Under the pieces are notes generated by a model. That model saw only the letters and a program-made list of their open reading frames with translations. It ran no database searches and was not told the DNA's origin. Source: Gammaproteobacteria bacterium (GTDB lineage: Bacteria > Pseudomonadota > Gammaproteobacteria > UBA5335 > SLRW01). From it: a DNA stretch of 64,000 nt. Positions 1 through 11,200 of the stretch are shown here, piece by piece; position 1 is the first letter of the stretch; each line of letters begins with the position of its first letter. A program made the translations under genes and the position numbers. The stretch covers positions 24,035 through 88,034 of the forward strand of contig DASQZM010000016.1 of the NCBI GenBank assembly GCA_035638695.1, written 5' to 3'.

Positions 1-1
1 G

Positions 2-499
2 CGGGCGATCGCGGACCTCGACCCGCACGCCGGCACGGCCCGCCTGGACGGGCGCGACATGACCAGCTTCACGCCGGCGCAATGGCGCCGGCGCGTGCAG
101 CTTCTGCCGGCCGACCCCGAGTGGTGGCTGGCCCGCGTGGGTGACCACTTCCCGCGCCGACTGGTCGAGGCCGCGCGCCGCCTGCAGCTGCCCGACGGGG
201 TCTGGGACTGGCCGCCGGAGCGGCTGTCCAGCGGCGAGCGCCAGCGGCTGGCCCTGTTGCGGGCGTTGGCTCGCGAGCCGGACGTCCTGCTGCTGGACGA
301 GCCCACCGCCAACCTGGATGCCGACAACGTCGCCGGAGCCGAGACGCTGATCCGTGAGTCCCGGGAAGCGAGACAGGTCTGCGTGATCTGGGTCAGCCAC
401 GACCGGGGCCAGCTCACCCGGGTCGCGGACCGGCGCTTCATCCTGCGCGGCGGGCGGTTGGTCGCGGAAACGGAGCAGGCATGCAGTTCGTCTCGCTGA
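2..499 (+). CDS. fetA: ABC transporter ATP-binding subunit, 5' end cut by window edge (FetA/YbbL-like)
   Basis: The frame of track ORF 59..499 stays open back to nt 2 (RAIADLDPHAGTARLDGRDM...). It has the ABC signature LSSGERQRL and Walker B LLLDEPTANLD. It overlaps a FetB/YbbM-type permease gene by 19 nt. Confidence 0.8.
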   Translation, partial: RAIADLDPHAGTARLDGRDMTSFTPAQWRRRVQLLPADPEWWLARVGDHFPRRLVEAARRLQLPDGVWDWPPERLSSGERQRLALLRALAREPDVLLLDEPTANLDADNVAGAETLIRESREARQVCVIWVSHDRGQLTRVADRRFILRGGRLVAETEQACSSSR

Positions 500-1287
500 G
501 CCCGCTGGACCTGGCGCTGGCGGCGGTCCTGATCGTGGTCCTGGCGGCGCTCTCCTGGGCCGCGAGGTTCGCGGTCGAGCGGGAGCTGCTCATCGCCGGG
601 GCCCGCACCGTGGTCCAGCTTAGCCTGATCGGGCTGGTCCTCAAGGCGGTATTCGCGCACGTGCACCTGCTGTGGATCTCGCTGATGGCGGCCGCGATGG
701 TGCTGGTGGCCGGGCGCGAGGCGATGATGCGCCAGGAGCGGCGCTTCCAGGGGTGGTGGGGCTATGGCCTGGGCACCCTGTCCATGTTCGTTTCGTCGTT
801 TGCGCTCACCGTGCTGGCGCTGCTTACGGTGATCCGGACGCATCCGTGGTACCAGCCGCAATACGCTATTCCGCTGCTGGGGATGATCCTCGGCAACACC
901 ATGACCGGCATCTCCCTCGCGCTGGACCGGCTCACCCAGACGGCCTGGGATCAGCGGCGGATGCTGGAGCAGCGCCTGATGCTGGGCGAGACCGCGATGG
1001 AGGCGGTCGCCCGGATCCGGCGCCACGCCGGGCGCAGCGGCATGATACCCGTGATCAATGCGATGGCGGCGGCGGGCGTCGTGAGCCTGCCCGGCATGAT
1101 GACCGGCCAGATCCTCGCGGGCGCGCCGCCCATGGAGGCGGTCAAGTACCAGATCCTGATTATGTTCCTGATCTCGGCGGGGACCGGTTTCGGCGCGCTG
1201 GTGGCTGTCTGGCTGGGCTCGCGCCGCCTGTTCGACCAGCGCGAGCGGCTGCGCCTGGATCGCCTGTCGGCGCCGAAGCACCGGTAA
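481..1287 (+). CDS. fetB: FetB/YbbM-family (UPF0014) ABC permease, putative iron export
   Basis: 268-aa polytopic membrane protein. Blocks IPLLGMILGNTMTG, VVSLPGMMTGQILAG and AVKYQILIMF match my recollection of E. coli FetB. Coupled to the upstream ATPase. Confidence 0.75.
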   Translation: MQFVSLSPLDLALAAVLIVVLAALSWAARFAVERELLIAGARTVVQLSLIGLVLKAVFAHVHLLWISLMAAAMVLVAGREAMMRQERRFQGWWGYGLGTLSMFVSSFALTVLALLTVIRTHPWYQPQYAIPLLGMILGNTMTGISLALDRLTQTAWDQRRMLEQRLMLGETAMEAVARIRRHAGRSGMIPVINAMAAAGVVSLPGMMTGQILAGAPPMEAVKYQILIMFLISAGTGFGALVAVWLGSRRLFDQRERLRLDRLSAPKHR

Positions 1288-1379
1288 TCTGAATCAGCCG
1301 GGGGGGCCTTTGCGGGGATCGGCCACAGGCGGAATACTGGGGCAAAGCCCACGGGGCCCGGAGGAACCGGAGGGGGCGC

Positions 1380-1847
1380 ATGTATCCCAGGCTTGTGCTG
1401 TTCAGTTTGCTGCTGCTCGTGTGCGGCGTGGCCCTGGCCGGCCAGACGCCCGTCTACCGCTGGGTCAAGCCGGACGGTACGGTGGTCTACAGCGACACGC
1501 CCTCCAGCCCGAATGCCAGGCAGGTTCAAATCGACGAGCCGGACCGTGCCGGGGCGCCCGCCGCCCGGACGTCCAAACGGACCGGATCGAAGGGGCACCC
1601 GCACGGCACCGCCGGCAAGACCGCCGCTGGCAGCCCCGGATCGAGCCTGTGCGACCAGTGGCGCAAGCGCGTCGCGCTGATCCGCAACCACGACCAGATC
1701 TACCTGAAGAAGAAGGGCGGCGGCCGGGTCAAGCTGACGCCAAAGCAACGTCGGCAGCGCCTGCGCCACGCACAGGTCCAGATGAAGTGGAACTGCTCGG
1801 GCGAAGGCGCTGCCGGGTCCACGCCGGGCGGCGCTTCCAGCTCCTAG
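1380..1847 (+). CDS. DUF4124-domain secreted protein
   Basis: Signal-like N-terminus MYPRLVLFSLLLLVCGVALAG followed by VYRWVKPDGTVVYSDTP, a DUF4124-type motif. GGAGGGGG lies upstream of the ATG. Confidence 0.7.
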   Translation: MYPRLVLFSLLLLVCGVALAGQTPVYRWVKPDGTVVYSDTPSSPNARQVQIDEPDRAGAPAARTSKRTGSKGHPHGTAGKTAAGSPGSSLCDQWRKRVALIRNHDQIYLKKKGGGRVKLTPKQRRQRLRHAQVQMKWNCSGEGAAGSTPGGASSS

Positions 1848-2713
1848 CCGCCGGCGTCGGCATTCTCCAGCGCCCGCCGCACGAACGGCGGCGCCACCAG
1901 CGCGGCGCGGTGGATATCCAGACTGTAGTATTGCGTCTCGAACGGCGCCTGCTCCGCTTCCGCGGCCCGGGCGACGGCGATTTCCCCGCCCCTGCCGGCC
2001 ATGGTCGCGCTCCACCAGCCGGACGGGTACACCGGTTGCGGGAAGCACAGCGTGCGCACGGCGCTGAAGCCGCCGGCCCGCATCGCACGCCGCATCGGCG
2101 CCAGGATGTGCATGTGGTAGAGGGGCGACTCGCTCTGCTGCACCACCAGTCCGTCCGGTCCCAGGGCGCGGTGCACGTCCCGGTAGAAGTCTTCCGTGAA
2201 TAGCCCTTTCGCCGGCCCCACGGGATCTGTGCTGTCGACGATCACCACGTCGACGCTGCCGGACTCGGCGTCGGCCATCCACGCGAGGCCGTCGCCGAAG
2301 TAAAGCTCCGCCCGGGGATCGTCGTTGGCCTCGCAAAGCTCCGGAAAGAAACGCTCGGACAGACGGGTAACCCGCTCGTCGATCTCCACCTGCAGGACAT
2401 GCTCCACCTCCGGATGGCGCAGCACCTCGCGCAGCGTGCCGCAGTCACCACCGCCGATGATCACGACGCGCTTTGGTGCCGGGTGGCTGAACAGCACCGG
2501 GTGGGACATCATCTCGTGGTAGAGGAAGTTGTCGCGGTCGCTCAGCATGATGTAGTCGTCGATGACCATCAGCGTGCCGAAACGGGTGGTCTCCAAAATC
2601 TCGATCTTCTGGTAGGGGCTCTGCTCGAGGTGGAGCCGCTCCGCCAGCCGCAGGGAGAAGGCGGTGCCGCCGGCCTCGTCGATCTCGGTGAACCAGTTGC
2701 CGTCAGGTACCAT
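1844..2713 (-). CDS. speE: spermidine synthase (polyamine aminopropyltransferase)
   Basis: Begins MVPDGNWFTEIDE.... Family blocks VVIIGGGDCGTLREVLRH and DVVIVDSTDPVGPA are present. ATG at 2713 is preferred to the track start at 2770. Divergent from speA. Confidence 0.9.
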   Translation of the reverse strand: MVPDGNWFTEIDEAGGTAFSLRLAERLHLEQSPYQKIEILETTRFGTLMVIDDYIMLSDRDNFLYHEMMSHPVLFSHPAPKRVVIIGGGDCGTLREVLRHPEVEHVLQVEIDERVTRLSERFFPELCEANDDPRAELYFGDGLAWMADAESGSVDVVIVDSTDPVGPAKGLFTEDFYRDVHRALGPDGLVVQQSESPLYHMHILAPMRRAMRAGGFSAVRTLCFPQPVYPSGWWSATMAGRGGEIAVARAAEAEQAPFETQYYSLDIHRAALVAPPFVRRALENADAGG

Positions 2714-2836
2714 GCCTTCACTCCTCGCGCGAATGGCCGCATTATAGCGAAGCGCCGCGGCCGGCCCCATAGGGCTGTCCTTTCAGGCCGCCACGAGTCG
2801 CATACTGTAACGCGTCCATCCCGGAGCCGAGGTCCC

Positions 2837-4726
<1,890 letters not shown>

Positions 4727-4755
4727 CGGGGACCATTTCGGCGGAGGGCCGAGGC

Positions 4756-5622
4756 ATGCAGACAGGATTCATCGGGCTCGGTGCCATGGGCGTCTCCATG
4801 GCCCGCAATTTGCATCGTGCAGGGCTACTCGCGGCGGTCTGGAACCGTACGCCCGGCAAAGCGCAGGATCTCGCGCGCGAGACGGGCTGCACCGTCGCAC
4901 GCGACCCGGCGGACCTGGCATCCGGCTGCGAGGTGGTGATCCTGTGCGTGTCGGCCGACGCGGACGTACTGGAGGTGCTCGGGGTCATGGCGCCCGGGCT
5001 GAAGGCCGGCAGCATCGTGGTCGACTGCTCGACGGTCGCCGCCTCCACTGCCACGGAAGCCGCAGAAATCGCCGGGGCCCGGGGCGCTGCGTTCCTGGAC
5101 TGCCCGGTCTCCGGCGGCACCGAGGGTGCCGCCCAGGGCACGCTGGCAATCATGGCCGGTGGCGCCGCTGACGCCTTGGACCGCGCGATGCCGATGCTGG
5201 AAGCGATGGGGCGCAGCATCGTGCACATGGGCCCGGTCGGCGCCGGCCAGGCCACCAAGGCGGTCAACCAGATCATGGTCGCCGGGATCAACCAGGCGGT
5301 CACCGAGGCGCTGGCCTTCGGTGAAGCGCAGGGCCTGCCGATGGACCGGGCCATCGAGGTCGTGGGAAGCGGCGCGGCTGGCAACTGGTTCCTCAGCAAC
5401 CGCGGGGCGGGCATGGTGCGTGGCAGCTACCCGCCGGGGTTCAAGCTGGCGCTGCATGACAAGGACCTGGCTATCTGCCAGCAGATGGCCGCCGAGAAGG
5501 GCGTCCAGCTGCCGCTGATCGAGATGACGCGGCTGCACTATCGCCGGCTGCTCCAGGACGGCCACGGCGACGAAGACATCTCGGCTCTGTACCGGGCCAA
5601 GCGCGCGCTGTTCGACGGCTGA
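4756..5622 (+). CDS. NAD(P)-dependent beta-hydroxyacid dehydrogenase (3-hydroxyisobutyrate dehydrogenase / 2-hydroxy-3-oxopropionate reductase family)
   Basis: N-terminal Rossmann motif MQTGFIGLGAMGVSMARNL and family blocks DCPVSGG and GAGQATKAVNQ. The first 263 codons of track ORF 3967..5622 overlap speA in another frame and are not coding. Confidence 0.85.
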   Translation: MQTGFIGLGAMGVSMARNLHRAGLLAAVWNRTPGKAQDLARETGCTVARDPADLASGCEVVILCVSADADVLEVLGVMAPGLKAGSIVVDCSTVAASTATEAAEIAGARGAAFLDCPVSGGTEGAAQGTLAIMAGGAADALDRAMPMLEAMGRSIVHMGPVGAGQATKAVNQIMVAGINQAVTEALAFGEAQGLPMDRAIEVVGSGAAGNWFLSNRGAGMVRGSYPPGFKLALHDKDLAICQQMAAEKGVQLPLIEMTRLHYRRLLQDGHGDEDISALYRAKRALFDG

Positions 5623-5731
5623 ACTCCCGCCGATGACCCGGCCGGCTGATGCCGGTCATGGCCCCCGGCTCGGCCGGCGTCCTAGAATCGTGGCATCGAC
5701 TATGATCCACGACCGGCGGGAGGTCGGGCCC

Positions 5732-6400
5732 ATGCAGTTGCCATTTCCGGACCGCACGGCGGCCGGCAGGCGGCTCGCGGAGGCGCTGCGCGGCTACCGG
5801 CTGGGCAGCGAGGCGGTCGTGCTGGGCCTGCCTCGCGGCGGCGTACCAGTCGCCGAGGTGGTGGCCCAGGCGCTTGGCGCGGCGCTCGACATCATCATCG
5901 TACGCAAGCTCGGTCTCCCGGGGCAGGAGGAACTGGCCATGGGGGCCATCGCCAGCGGGGGCGGCCGGGCCCTGAACGAGGACCTTGCGGAGATGCTGCA
6001 CCTCGACGAGGCGGACATCGCCCGCGTCGAGGCGCGCGAACGGCGCGAGCTCGAGCGCCGCGAGAAGCTCTACCGAGGGGATCGCCCGGCACCGGCCATT
6101 AAGGGTCGCGACGTCGTCCTGGTGGACGACGGGCTGGCAACGGGTGCCACCATGCGGGCCGCGGTTGCGGCGGTACGCAGCCTCGGACCGGCCCGGGTAA
6201 TCGTTGCGGTGCCGGTGGCCCCGGCCGAAGCGGTGGCCCGGCTGCGCGAGGAGGCCGACGAAGTGGTGTGCCTCGCCACGCCCGAGCCATTCCTGGCGGT
6301 CGGACGCTGGTACCGTGATTTTGGCCAGACCAGTGACGCCGAGGTCGGCGCCGCGCTGGCCCGGGCGTGGGGAACGGACCCCCAAGGTGGCGCGTCATGA
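5732..6400 (+). CDS. phosphoribosyltransferase-domain protein of unknown role
   Basis: PRTase fold motifs VVLGLPRGGVPVA and VVLVDDGLATGATMRAA (PRPP-binding loop). Start at MQLPFPDR; alternative start at 5702. ATGA overlap with the next gene. Confidence 0.8.
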   Translation: MQLPFPDRTAAGRRLAEALRGYRLGSEAVVLGLPRGGVPVAEVVAQALGAALDIIIVRKLGLPGQEELAMGAIASGGGRALNEDLAEMLHLDEADIARVEARERRELERREKLYRGDRPAPAIKGRDVVLVDDGLATGATMRAAVAAVRSLGPARVIVAVPVAPAEAVARLREEADEVVCLATPEPFLAVGRWYRDFGQTSDAEVGAALARAWGTDPQGGAS

Positions 6401-7059
6401 CCCGCGCTGGAGTTGCGGTCGCCAGCGTGGGCGTGGAAGCCGGTGGTGTCACGCTGCCCGGGGACGTGGCCGTGCCGCGCGGGGCACGGGGGCTGGTGGT
6501 GTTCGCCCATGGCAGCGGCAGCAGCCGCTTCAGCCGGCGCAATCGCTACGTGGCCGAGCTTCTCAACCGGGAGCGGCTGGCGACCCTGCTGTTCGATCTG
6601 CTGACCGCCGCCGAGCACGAGGTCGACCAGGTTACGCGCGAGCACCGGTTCGACATAGAACTGTTGACCGGACGGCTGGTCGGAACCATTGACTGGCTGG
6701 ACCGGCAGCCGGAACTGGCCGGGCTTGCGCTTGGCCTGTTCGGCGCCAGCACGGGAGCGGCGGCGGCCCTGGGCGCGGCCGCTCTGCGGCCGGAACGGGT
6801 GCGGGCGGTGGTCTCGCGCGGCGGTCGCCCCGACCTCGCCGGCGAGCGGCTGGAGGGGGTGCGGGCCCCCACCCTGCTGGTGGTGGGCGGGCTCGACACG
6901 CAGGTGATCGCCCTCAACCGGGAGGCAGCCGCGCGCCTGGGGGCAGCCCACGGCGTCGAGATCGTGCCGGGAGCGACACACCTGTTCGAGGAGCCCGGAG
7001 CGCTGGAGAGCGTCGCGCGCCTTGCCGGCGCATGGTTCGTGAAGCACCTGGAGGACTGA
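6397..7059 (+). CDS. dienelactone-hydrolase-like alpha/beta hydrolase
   Basis: VVFAHGSGSSRFSRRN and GLFGASTGAAAAL (nucleophile-elbow-like G-x-S-x-G) with a C-terminal GATHLFEEPG. Start ATG overlaps the stop of the PRTase gene (ATGA at 6397..6400). Confidence 0.75.
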   Translation: MTRAGVAVASVGVEAGGVTLPGDVAVPRGARGLVVFAHGSGSSRFSRRNRYVAELLNRERLATLLFDLLTAAEHEVDQVTREHRFDIELLTGRLVGTIDWLDRQPELAGLALGLFGASTGAAAALGAAALRPERVRAVVSRGGRPDLAGERLEGVRAPTLLVVGGLDTQVIALNREAAARLGAAHGVEIVPGATHLFEEPGALESVARLAGAWFVKHLED

Positions 7060-8067
7060 ATGGCAAAGCGCAGGATTACCGTGCTGCCGGGCGACGGCAT
7101 CGGACCCGATATCGTCGACGCGACCCTGAAGATCCTGGACCGGGCCGGCTGCGATTTCGCATACGACTTCCACGAGGTCGGCAAGACCGCGCTGGACCAC
7201 GGGGGTGACCTGATCCCCCGGGAGACGCTGGACTCGATCGAGTCCAGCGGTCTCGCCCTCAAGGGTCCGGTGACCACTCCCATCGGCGAGGGCTTCACCT
7301 CGGTCAACGTCACCCTGCGCAAGCACTTCGACCTGTACGCCAACGTGCGTCCCGTGATCTCTTTCCCCGGCACCAAGTCCCGCTACGACGGTATCGACAT
7401 CATCACGGTGCGGGAGAACACCGAGGGCATGTACTCGGGCCAGGGCCAGACCCTGAGCGAGGACGGCGAGCGTGCCGAGGCGCTGAGCGTGATGACCCGC
7501 CGCGAGTCGCTGCGACTGATCCGCTTCGCCTTCGAGATGGCGCGCCGGGTGGGGCGCAGGAAGATCACCATCGCCCACAAGGCGAACATCATGAAGACCA
7601 CCTCCGGGCTGTTCCTGCGCTGCGGGCGCGAGGTCGCCCGCGACTACCCGGAGATCGAGCTGGAGGAGATGATCGTCGACAACTGCTGCATGCAGCTGGT
7701 GATGAATCCGCACCGCTTCGACGTGATCGTCACCACCAACCTGTTCGGCGACATCATCTCCGACCTCTGCGCCGGGCTGGTGGGGGGTCTGGGCATGGCG
7801 CCGGGCGGCAACATCGGCGACGGCCGGGCGATCTTCGAGGCGGTCCACGGCAGCGCGCCGGACATCGCGGGGAAGAACATCGCCAACCCCACGTCCATGA
7901 TCCTCGCCGCGGCGATGATGCTGGACTACCTTGACGACAAGGCCACCGGCGACCGCATCCGCTACGCCCTGCGCAAGACCATCGGCGAGGGCGACCGGAC
8001 CACGCCCGACCTCGGCGGCGAGGGCACCACGACCGGCTTTACCGACGCGGTGCTGGAGCGCCTGTGA
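7060..8067 (+). CDS. isocitrate/isopropylmalate dehydrogenase family protein, likely NAD-dependent isocitrate dehydrogenase (335 aa)
   Basis: [14 protein letters not shown]-terminus, [10 protein letters not shown] and [15 protein letters not shown] blocks of beta-decarboxylating dehydrogenases. ATG directly abuts the upstream stop (TGAATG). Confidence 0.75.
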   Translation: MAKRRITVLPGDGIGPDIVDATLKILDRAGCDFAYDFHEVGKTALDHGGDLIPRETLDSIESSGLALKGPVTTPIGEGFTSVNVTLRKHFDLYANVRPVISFPGTKSRYDGIDIITVRENTEGMYSGQGQTLSEDGERAEALSVMTRRESLRLIRFAFEMARRVGRRKITIAHKANIMKTTSGLFLRCGREVARDYPEIELEEMIVDNCCMQLVMNPHRFDVIVTTNLFGDIISDLCAGLVGGLGMAPGGNIGDGRAIFEAVHGSAPDIAGKNIANPTSMILAAAMMLDYLDDKATGDRIRYALRKTIGEGDRTTPDLGGEGTTTGFTDAVLERL

Positions 8068-8417
8068 CGTCGAGGCGCTCGCGCGGGCCCGTCCGCCGGG
8101 CCCTGCTGCGACGCCGCGACGAGCTGCTGGCGCAGCACGGGCTGCTGGAGCGCGACCGCCGGCGCCAGCGCGAGGCGCTCGAGGGCGACTGGCACGAGGC
8201 GGCGATCCAGAAGGAAAATGACGAGGTGCTCGATGCGCTCGACCAGGGCGCCATCGACCGCCTGCGCGCCATCGAGGCCGCCCTGGCCCGCCTGGATGCC
8301 GCCGAGTACGGCCGCTGCCTGGCATGCGGGCGTCCGATTGCGCCGGAGCGGCTGCGGGCGTTGCCGGAGGCCGCGTTGTGCGCGGCCTGTGCAGCCGCTG
8401 CCCGGGGGCAGGGCTGA
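8064..8417 (+). CDS. TraR/DksA-family C4 zinc-finger protein
   Basis: C-terminal CLAC-x17-CAAC spacing typical of DksA/TraR zinc fingers, with a coiled-coil-like N-terminal half. The only plausible start is the GTG overlapping the IDH stop (GTGA). Confidence 0.7.
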   Translation: MTSRRSRGPVRRALLRRRDELLAQHGLLERDRRRQREALEGDWHEAAIQKENDEVLDALDQGAIDRLRAIEAALARLDAAEYGRCLACGRPIAPERLRALPEAALCAACAAAARGQG

Positions 8418-10094
8418 TCAGCCCCCGAACAGCTCCTTGGTCCGGGCGATGCCGTAGCCCAGCGCCTGGGAGGGGTGGATCTTCGGCGGCAGCGGCAGCT
8501 CGTCCGCGTTGATCGCCACGTCCACGATGCAGGGCGCGTTGCTGTCGAACGCCTGGCGCAGGGTGCCCTCCAGCTCCGCGGGCTCGGTCACCGCGAAGCC
8601 GGCGCCGCCGCAGGCGCGGGCGAAGGCCGCGAAGTCGGGGTTGAGCAGGTCGGTCTGGAAATCCGGGATCCCCTCCGCTTCCTCTTCCATGCGGATCAGT
8701 CCCAGCTTGCTGTTGTTGAATACCACCACGTTGATCGGCAGGTGGTACTTCACCGCCGTGACGAAGTCGCCCATCAGCATCGCCAGCCCACCGTCCCCCG
8801 CCAGCGCAATCACCTGGCGCTCGGGCCAGGCGAGCTGCGCGCCGATGGCGGCCGGCATGGCGAAGGCCATGGACGCAAGCGAGGAGGAGAGCGTGAAGCG
8901 CTGCTGAGCGCGCAGAGGCAGGTGCCGGGCCGCCCAGATTGTGACGGTGCCGGTATCGCAGGTGAACACGGCGTCCTCGCGGGCCAGAGCGCCGATCGTC
9001 GCGGCGAGCCGTTGCGGCCGGATCGGGCTGTGGTCGCTGCGCTCCGCCTTGCGGTTGTCCTCCCGGAACTCGCGCATGCGCGCCTGTGTCCTTTCCAGGA
9101 AGCTGCGGTCCTCGCGCTGCTGAACCTTCCCGGCCAGGGCCGCGAGCGTCAGCGCCGCGTCGCCGGCAAGCCCGACCTCGACGGGGTAGCGCTTGCCGAT
9201 CCGCGTGGGGTCGAGGTCGATCTGGACCGCGGGCGCCTCGTCCGGGAAGAAATCCCGGTAGGGGAAGTCCGTGCCCGCCAGCAGCAGCGCGTCACAGGCG
9301 GCCATCGCCTGGACCGCGGGGCGTCCACCCAGGGCCCCAATGCCGCCGGCGCTCAGCTCGTGCTCGTCCGGGATCACGTCCTTGGCCCGCAGGGAGCGCA
9401 CGATGGGCGCGCCCAGGCGGTCGGCCAGGCCGGTCAACTCCTCGCGTGCCCCGCGGCAGCCGATGCCGGCGAGGATCACCACGCGTCGCGAGCGGTTGAG
9501 CAGCCCGGCTGCCGCGTCCAGGTCCTCGCTCGCGGGCAGTGTCGCCGGTCGGTGCATCTGCACCGGCGCGTGGCGCCGCTTGCCCTGGCCTGGCTGCTTC
9601 GCGACGTCGACCGGCAGGCTGAGGTGGGCCACGGTGCGGTGGGCGAGCGCGGTGCGACAGGCCTGCACGATCAGCCGTGGGAGCTGCTCCGGGCGCATTA
9701 CCACCTGGTTGAAGGCGGCCACGTCCTTGAACAGGGTGTACAGGTCGACCTCCTGGTGGTAATCGGTGCCGACCTCGGTGGTGTCAACCTGACCCGTGAT
9801 CGCGAGCACGGGGGCATGGTCGCGATTGGCGTCGTAGAGGCCATTGAGCAGATGGATGGCGCCGGGCCCGGCGGTGCCGACGCAGACCGCGAGATTGCCG
9901 GTCAGCTTGGCCTGGGCCGAGGCGGCGAAGGCACCGGCCTCCTCGTGACGCACCTGGATGAACTCGATGCGGGTCTGGCGGCGCACTGCGTCGACCAGGC
10001 CGTTGATCGCGTCCCCGGGGATGCCGAAGATCTGGCGGACCCCGGTCTCGGCCAGGATCTCGAGGATCAGGTCGGACACCGTGTGTCGGCTCAT
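8418..10094 (-). CDS. poxB: thiamine-diphosphate enzyme, pyruvate dehydrogenase (quinone)/pyruvate oxidase-like
   Basis: MSRHTVSDLILEILAETGVRQIFGIPGDAINGL... and GTAGPGAIHLLNGLYDA (TPP_enzyme_N). C-terminal TPP-binding GDGG...NN block (LAGDGGLAMLMGDFVTAVKYHLPINVVVFNN). ATG at 10094 chosen within the longer track ORF. Confidence 0.75.
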   Translation of the reverse strand: MSRHTVSDLILEILAETGVRQIFGIPGDAINGLVDAVRRQTRIEFIQVRHEEAGAFAASAQAKLTGNLAVCVGTAGPGAIHLLNGLYDANRDHAPVLAITGQVDTTEVGTDYHQEVDLYTLFKDVAAFNQVVMRPEQLPRLIVQACRTALAHRTVAHLSLPVDVAKQPGQGKRRHAPVQMHRPATLPASEDLDAAAGLLNRSRRVVILAGIGCRGAREELTGLADRLGAPIVRSLRAKDVIPDEHELSAGGIGALGGRPAVQAMAACDALLLAGTDFPYRDFFPDEAPAVQIDLDPTRIGKRYPVEVGLAGDAALTLAALAGKVQQREDRSFLERTQARMREFREDNRKAERSDHSPIRPQRLAATIGALAREDAVFTCDTGTVTIWAARHLPLRAQQRFTLSSSLASMAFAMPAAIGAQLAWPERQVIALAGDGGLAMLMGDFVTAVKYHLPINVVVFNNSKLGLIRMEEEAEGIPDFQTDLLNPDFAAFARACGGAGFAVTEPAELEGTLRQAFDSNAPCIVDVAINADELPLPPKIHPSQALGYGIARTKELFGG

Positions 10095-10290
10095 GCGGGT
10101 CTCCTTAGACTGGGGTTGCGGCTCGGCGCGGTAGCCGGGATCGGCCTGGCCCGGCCTGATCGCCGTTCGACCGGCCGTCACCCGGACAATTCCCCGGCGC
10201 CGTCGCCACCGGCGTGCCGTACCGGATCGGCCGAGCATACACTGGATCGCCGGCGGATCGGGCCGGCAGTGAGGAACGCTTGGGCGGCGC

Positions 10291-10479
10291 ATGAAACGGG
10301 AGGAGCATGCCTTGGACCAGCTGAACCCCATCACCCACGAGGTCGACGGACGCATCGCGCGCCAGGTCCCCGAGGGCTACGCCTTCCAGCAGCGCGCGGC
10401 CGGGGTCGGCTTCCGCCAGGCGGTGCGCGAGAGAGACGGGTCCCCCGGCCACTTCGGCTCCAGCGCACCCCGGGGCTGA
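10291..10479 (+). CDS. small hypothetical protein (62 aa)
   Basis: 57 of 62 codons end in G/C by my count, matching the coding bias of neighbouring genes. It ends 9 nt before the DUF2784 gene. I recognise no homolog. Confidence 0.4.
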   Translation: MKREEHALDQLNPITHEVDGRIARQVPEGYAFQQRAAGVGFRQAVRERDGSPGHFGSSAPRG

Positions 10480-10488
10480 CGGCCGGGA

Positions 10489-10860
10489 GTGGCCGCGATG
10501 CCGTACCACTCTCTCGCGGACGCCGTGGCCGTGGTCCATCTGGCGTTCGTGGTGTTTGCGGTTGCCGGCGGCCTGCTGGTGCTGCGCTGGCGGCGTCTGG
10601 TCTGGCTGCACCTGCCGGCCGTGATCTGGGCCGCGCTGGTGGAGGTCGAGGGCTGGATCTGTCCCCTCACGCGACTGCAGTATGCCTTGCGCGAGCGTGC
10701 CGGCGAGGCCGCCTGGCACAACGACTTCGTGAGCCACTTCCTGCTGCCGGTACTCTATCCCACCGGGCTGACGCGGCACCTGCAACTGTGGCTGGCGGCG
10801 CTCGTGGTGGCGCTCAACCTGGCGATCTATCTCTGGATCTGGCGCCGCCGGCGGCGCTGA
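10489..10860 (+). CDS. DUF2784-family membrane protein
   Basis: 123 aa, 3-4 hydrophobic helices, with a GWICPLT motif I associate with DUF2784. GGGAG precedes the ATG. Confidence 0.65.
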   Translation: MAAMPYHSLADAVAVVHLAFVVFAVAGGLLVLRWRRLVWLHLPAVIWAALVEVEGWICPLTRLQYALRERAGEAAWHNDFVSHFLLPVLYPTGLTRHLQLWLAALVVALNLAIYLWIWRRRRR

Positions 10861-11200
10861 GCTCGTCCAGCGCGCGGGGGCGTGCCCACGCCGTAGCCCT
10901 GGACCTAATCCACGCCGAGCCCCGCGGCTCCGCCGATCGACCGGCTGGAGTGCGTCATGTGCCCTCGCGCATCGCTCGCCAGGCTGGCGGGGAGGGGGTT
11001 CAGCGGCCGGCCGGGGAGGGTTCGGTAGGGTATGTATTGACTACTGTTCTGGTTCAAGCCGCCGCAAGTCATCGGCGCCGGCCGGCGACTCGGACCCAAC
11101 CGCGGTTCGGTTGGGGTTCGGCGACCGTAGGCTGCTATCCTGTTGCCAGCCGAGAAGGTGGACATTTCGCACATGGCGCCCCCGACCCCAGGAGTACGCG

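Noticed and set aside
2399-2836. Upstream extension of the speA ORF (track start 2399); similar extensions occur for the ORFs at 3967, 13715, 21292, 43381..45096, 44954..46252, 49618..50895 and 51341
   Set aside because: The extensions overlap neighbouring genes or intergenic DNA and lack similarity to the respective families. Internal starts with SD-like motifs match known N-termini.
6070-8325. 751-aa minus-strand ORF opposite the PRTase, hydrolase and IDH genes
   Set aside because: It is a shadow of three motif-bearing + strand genes. Its composition (runs of R, P, G, A) is not protein-like.
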